In this document: piece by piece, positions 61,891 through 64,000 of the stretch
Layout of the letters: the number at the start of each line of letters is the position of its first letter
Position numbering within the stretch: position 1 is the stretch's first letter
Source: a candidate division WOR-3 bacterium
GTDB taxonomy: Bacteria > Hydrothermota > 32-111
Assembly (NCBI GenBank): GCA_039804105.1
Contig: JBDRZU010000001.1
Location: forward strand, 576,001-640,000
DNA length: 64,000 nt
Reading direction: 5' to 3'
Notes under the pieces: generated by a model
The model's input: only the letters and a program-made list of their open reading frames with translations
Databases searched by the model: none
What the model was told of the DNA's origin: nothing
Translations under genes and position numbers: made by a program

Positions 61891-62457
61891 ATGTACAAAA
61901 AAGAGATTGAAAGAAGGTTCCTTGTTATCGAAAATGATTATTCAAAAAAAATATCATTCCTTAATACAAAAAGGATTATTCAGGGTTATTATAGATTTGG
62001 AGATTTAAAAAAAATAAAAGGATACGATAAAATTTTAAAAAAAAATCCTGAAATTAAAAATAAAATTATTAGAATAAGAATTGAAAATAAGAAAGATATC
62101 TTTTTTACAATAAAAAAAGGGAAAGGTATCAAAAGAGAGGAATTTGAAATACAACTGGACTTTGATGAAAAAATCTACAACTTTATAAAAAATGATAAAA
62201 AAGCCTTATCAAAAACAAGAGGAGAGTTTTTTATTAAAGGTTTCAAAGCAGTTTTAGATAGATACACAAAAAGATACAGGGGTATTGAAATCGTAGAAAT
62301 CGAGTTTAAAACTGAGTCCGAAGCAAAAAAGTTTCAACCTTCGAAAAATCTATTCGAGATAACTAATATTAATGAATTATCAAATATGAATCTTTATTTT
62401 AAGGATGAAAAAGAAATAACCAAAAAAGTTGAGGAGATATATGGTTATAAAAATTAA
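61891..62457 (+). CDS. CYTH (triphosphate tunnel) domain protein
   Basis: EIERRFL, IIQGY, IRIR, REEFE, KTR, VEIEF. Confidence 0.85.
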   Translation: MYKKEIERRFLVIENDYSKKISFLNTKRIIQGYYRFGDLKKIKGYDKILKKNPEIKNKIIRIRIENKKDIFFTIKKGKGIKREEFEIQLDFDEKIYNFIKNDKKALSKTRGEFFIKGFKAVLDRYTKRYRGIEIVEIEFKTESEAKKFQPSKNLFEITNINELSNMNLYFKDEKEITKKVEEIYGYKN

Positions 62458-63448
62458 AAACAGAATAATAAGAAAGGGAGATTTTTTTATAATAGCAGAA
62501 GGTGGAGTTAACCATAATGGTGATATAAATCTCGCAAAAGAACTCATAGTTAAAGCAAAAGAAGCCGGTGCAGACGCTATAAAATTTCAAACTTACAAAA
62601 CAGAAAAGTTGATAATAAAGAATAAAAAAACAGAGGACTTTTTTAATATGATAAAAAAATTGGAACTTTCTGAAAAGGATTTTATAGAATTAAAAGATTT
62701 CGCTATAAAAAACGATATAATTTTTCTTTCAACACCCGATGAGGAAGAATCTTTAAAATTTTTGCTCTCATTGAATTTACCTGCAATAAAAATAGGTTCA
62801 GGTGAAGCGAATAATATTGATTTTCTAATAAATGTTGCAAAAACAAAAAAAGTGGTCTTGATATCAACTGGATGTTGTAATGAAGAAGAGATCGACCGAA
62901 TATATAAAACGATCTATCCTTTGAATAAAAAGATGATACTTCTGCATTGTATTTCAGAATACCCTGCTTCGATAGAATCACTGAACCTTCAGTTTATAAA
63001 AAAAATGGTAAAAAAATATAATTGTCCTATAGGATTTTCTGATCACACAACTTCGATATTTACTCCATCGATTGCATACATCCTTGGAGCAACGGTTATT
63101 GAAAAACATTTTACACTTGATAAAAATCTTCCAGGTCCAGATCATTCGTCATCTCTTGATTTTGAGGAATTCAAAAATATGGTTGAATTACTCTACGAAA
63201 CAAAAAAGGCACTCGGTAAAGATATTAGAAAAATAACCGAAAAGGAAGACAGGATAAGAAAGTTCATTAGAAAATCTCTTTTTTCAAAAACTGATATAAA
63301 AAAAGGTGGAACATTAACAAAAGAAAACACAATCCTTTTAAGACCAGAAATAGGGATAAGGGCTGATCAGTCGTTGAAAGTTTATGGAAAAAGGATAAAA
63401 GTTAAAAAAAACAAATTTAAACCAATATTTTCAAATGAGATAGATTAA
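62441..63448 (+). CDS. neuB: N-acetylneuraminate/nonulosonate synthase family with SAF domain
   Basis: IIAEGGVNHNGD, AIKFQ, KIGSGE, LHCISEYPA, GFSDHT, IEKHFTLD. Confidence 0.9.
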   Translation: MVIKIKNRIIRKGDFFIIAEGGVNHNGDINLAKELIVKAKEAGADAIKFQTYKTEKLIIKNKKTEDFFNMIKKLELSEKDFIELKDFAIKNDIIFLSTPDEEESLKFLLSLNLPAIKIGSGEANNIDFLINVAKTKKVVLISTGCCNEEEIDRIYKTIYPLNKKMILLHCISEYPASIESLNLQFIKKMVKKYNCPIGFSDHTTSIFTPSIAYILGATVIEKHFTLDKNLPGPDHSSSLDFEEFKNMVELLYETKKALGKDIRKITEKEDRIRKFIRKSLFSKTDIKKGGTLTKENTILLRPEIGIRADQSLKVYGKRIKVKKNKFKPIFSNEID

Positions 63449-63603
63449 AATATCGTGTATATGAATGGAGAAATTGTTGTTGATGTGAATAAAAAGATCA
63501 ATAAACCTAAAAGTAAAATTATTATTATAAGAGGAAGTAACCAATATTTCTTCTTTTTCAACAAAAATTTCATCAAAGATTTCAAAGTTTTTAAAAAACC
63601 CAT
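63445..63603 (-). CDS. DUF5989/SxtK-like small membrane protein (52 aa, not in ORF track)
   Basis: MGFLKTLKSLMKFLLKKKKYWLLPLIIIILLLGLLIFLFTSTTISPFIYTIF; characteristic KxWLxP...PFIYTxF. Confidence 0.85.
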   Translation of the reverse strand: MGFLKTLKSLMKFLLKKKKYWLLPLIIIILLLGLLIFLFTSTTISPFIYTIF

Positions 63604-63978
63604 TTAGAATGGCTCCTCAATATCAAATTCATCTTCTACATATTTGTTATAATAAGAATTCTCTTGTTTGTTTATATTTTTATAAAACCTCTTATCCATC
63701 ATATAAAGTATCGGTTTGAACATTAAAAATATTATATAATAAATGAGAAATATTATCAACACTGTAAAAAGAAAAGTGAGAAAGTAAAATAGTTTATCTA
63801 ACATTTTTTTAACAACAAATAATTTTTTAGGTAAAAATATCAAAATTAAAAATGATCCTAATGTTAATAAAAGGAAAAAAAATTTCAATAATTCAATTTT
63901 TCGAAAGATAAAAGTCAACATCAAAAAAATTAAAACAACCTGAATTGATTTTAACCTTTCAATCATTCCTTTTTTCAA
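63604..63978 (-). CDS. SxtJ-like membrane protein
   Basis: Hydrophobic 124 aa, IIFLIYYIIF..KP, acidic tail ending EPF; directly upstream of the DUF5989-like gene. Confidence 0.6.
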   Translation of the reverse strand: MKKGMIERLKSIQVVLIFLMLTFIFRKIELLKFFFLLLTLGSFLILIFLPKKLFVVKKMLDKLFYFLTFLFTVLIIFLIYYIIFLMFKPILYMMDKRFYKNINKQENSYYNKYVEDEFDIEEPF

Positions 63979-64000
63979 TTTTAAAATCTCCTTTTTTTCT

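Noticed and set aside
12399..62981. Many short ORFs antisense to or out of frame within conserved genes (e.g. 14772-15170, 26786-27277, 45028-45528)
   Set aside because: Overlap well-supported genes and show no recognisable motifs or start signals

Overview
AT-rich, very compact bacterial chromosome segment, almost fully coding, with no rRNA, tRNA, CRISPR array or mobile element recognised. Gene content suggests an anaerobic, amino-acid-fermenting diderm of the FCB/WOR-3/TA06 neighbourhood (inference from T9SS-type C-terminal domains, GWxTD proteins, hprK-PTS and mglAB; not verified). In order: two secreted surface proteins (FG-GAP-repeat; T9SS-CTD); Na+/solute symporter, 2-oxoacid:ferredoxin oxidoreductase, ptb/buk; secreted GH18-SH3 hydrolase; glmM-glmS; an arcE-like-arcC-ndk-hbd-like-ackA operon; cofE-like-murJ-acpS; thiN; rpsU-cvpA-mutS2; OmpA-family gene; wzm/wzt-rmlD-glycosyltransferases; dapB-dapL-lysC-asd-GWxTD x2-nadB-hpf-hprK-EIIA-EIIB-MCP; porCDAB-mglB-mglA; rlmN; GIDE-like/EF-hand protein with lemA; CYTH; neuB; SxtJ/DUF5989-like pair. 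Most notable: (1) an (AG)18 microsatellite inside the signal-peptide region of the T9SS protein that currently frameshifts it, a candidate phase-variation switch in the OFF state; (2) an arginine-synthetase (ArcE)-like gene heading a substrate-level-phosphorylation operon; (3) many operons with sigma70 boxes only 6-8 nt before the ATG (leaderless), often with 16-bp spacers; (4) a GH18-SH3 protein with two tandem signal-peptide modules; (5) a CofE-like ligase coupled to murJ; (6) a permease-less PTS feeding a chemoreceptor that converges on mglAB.
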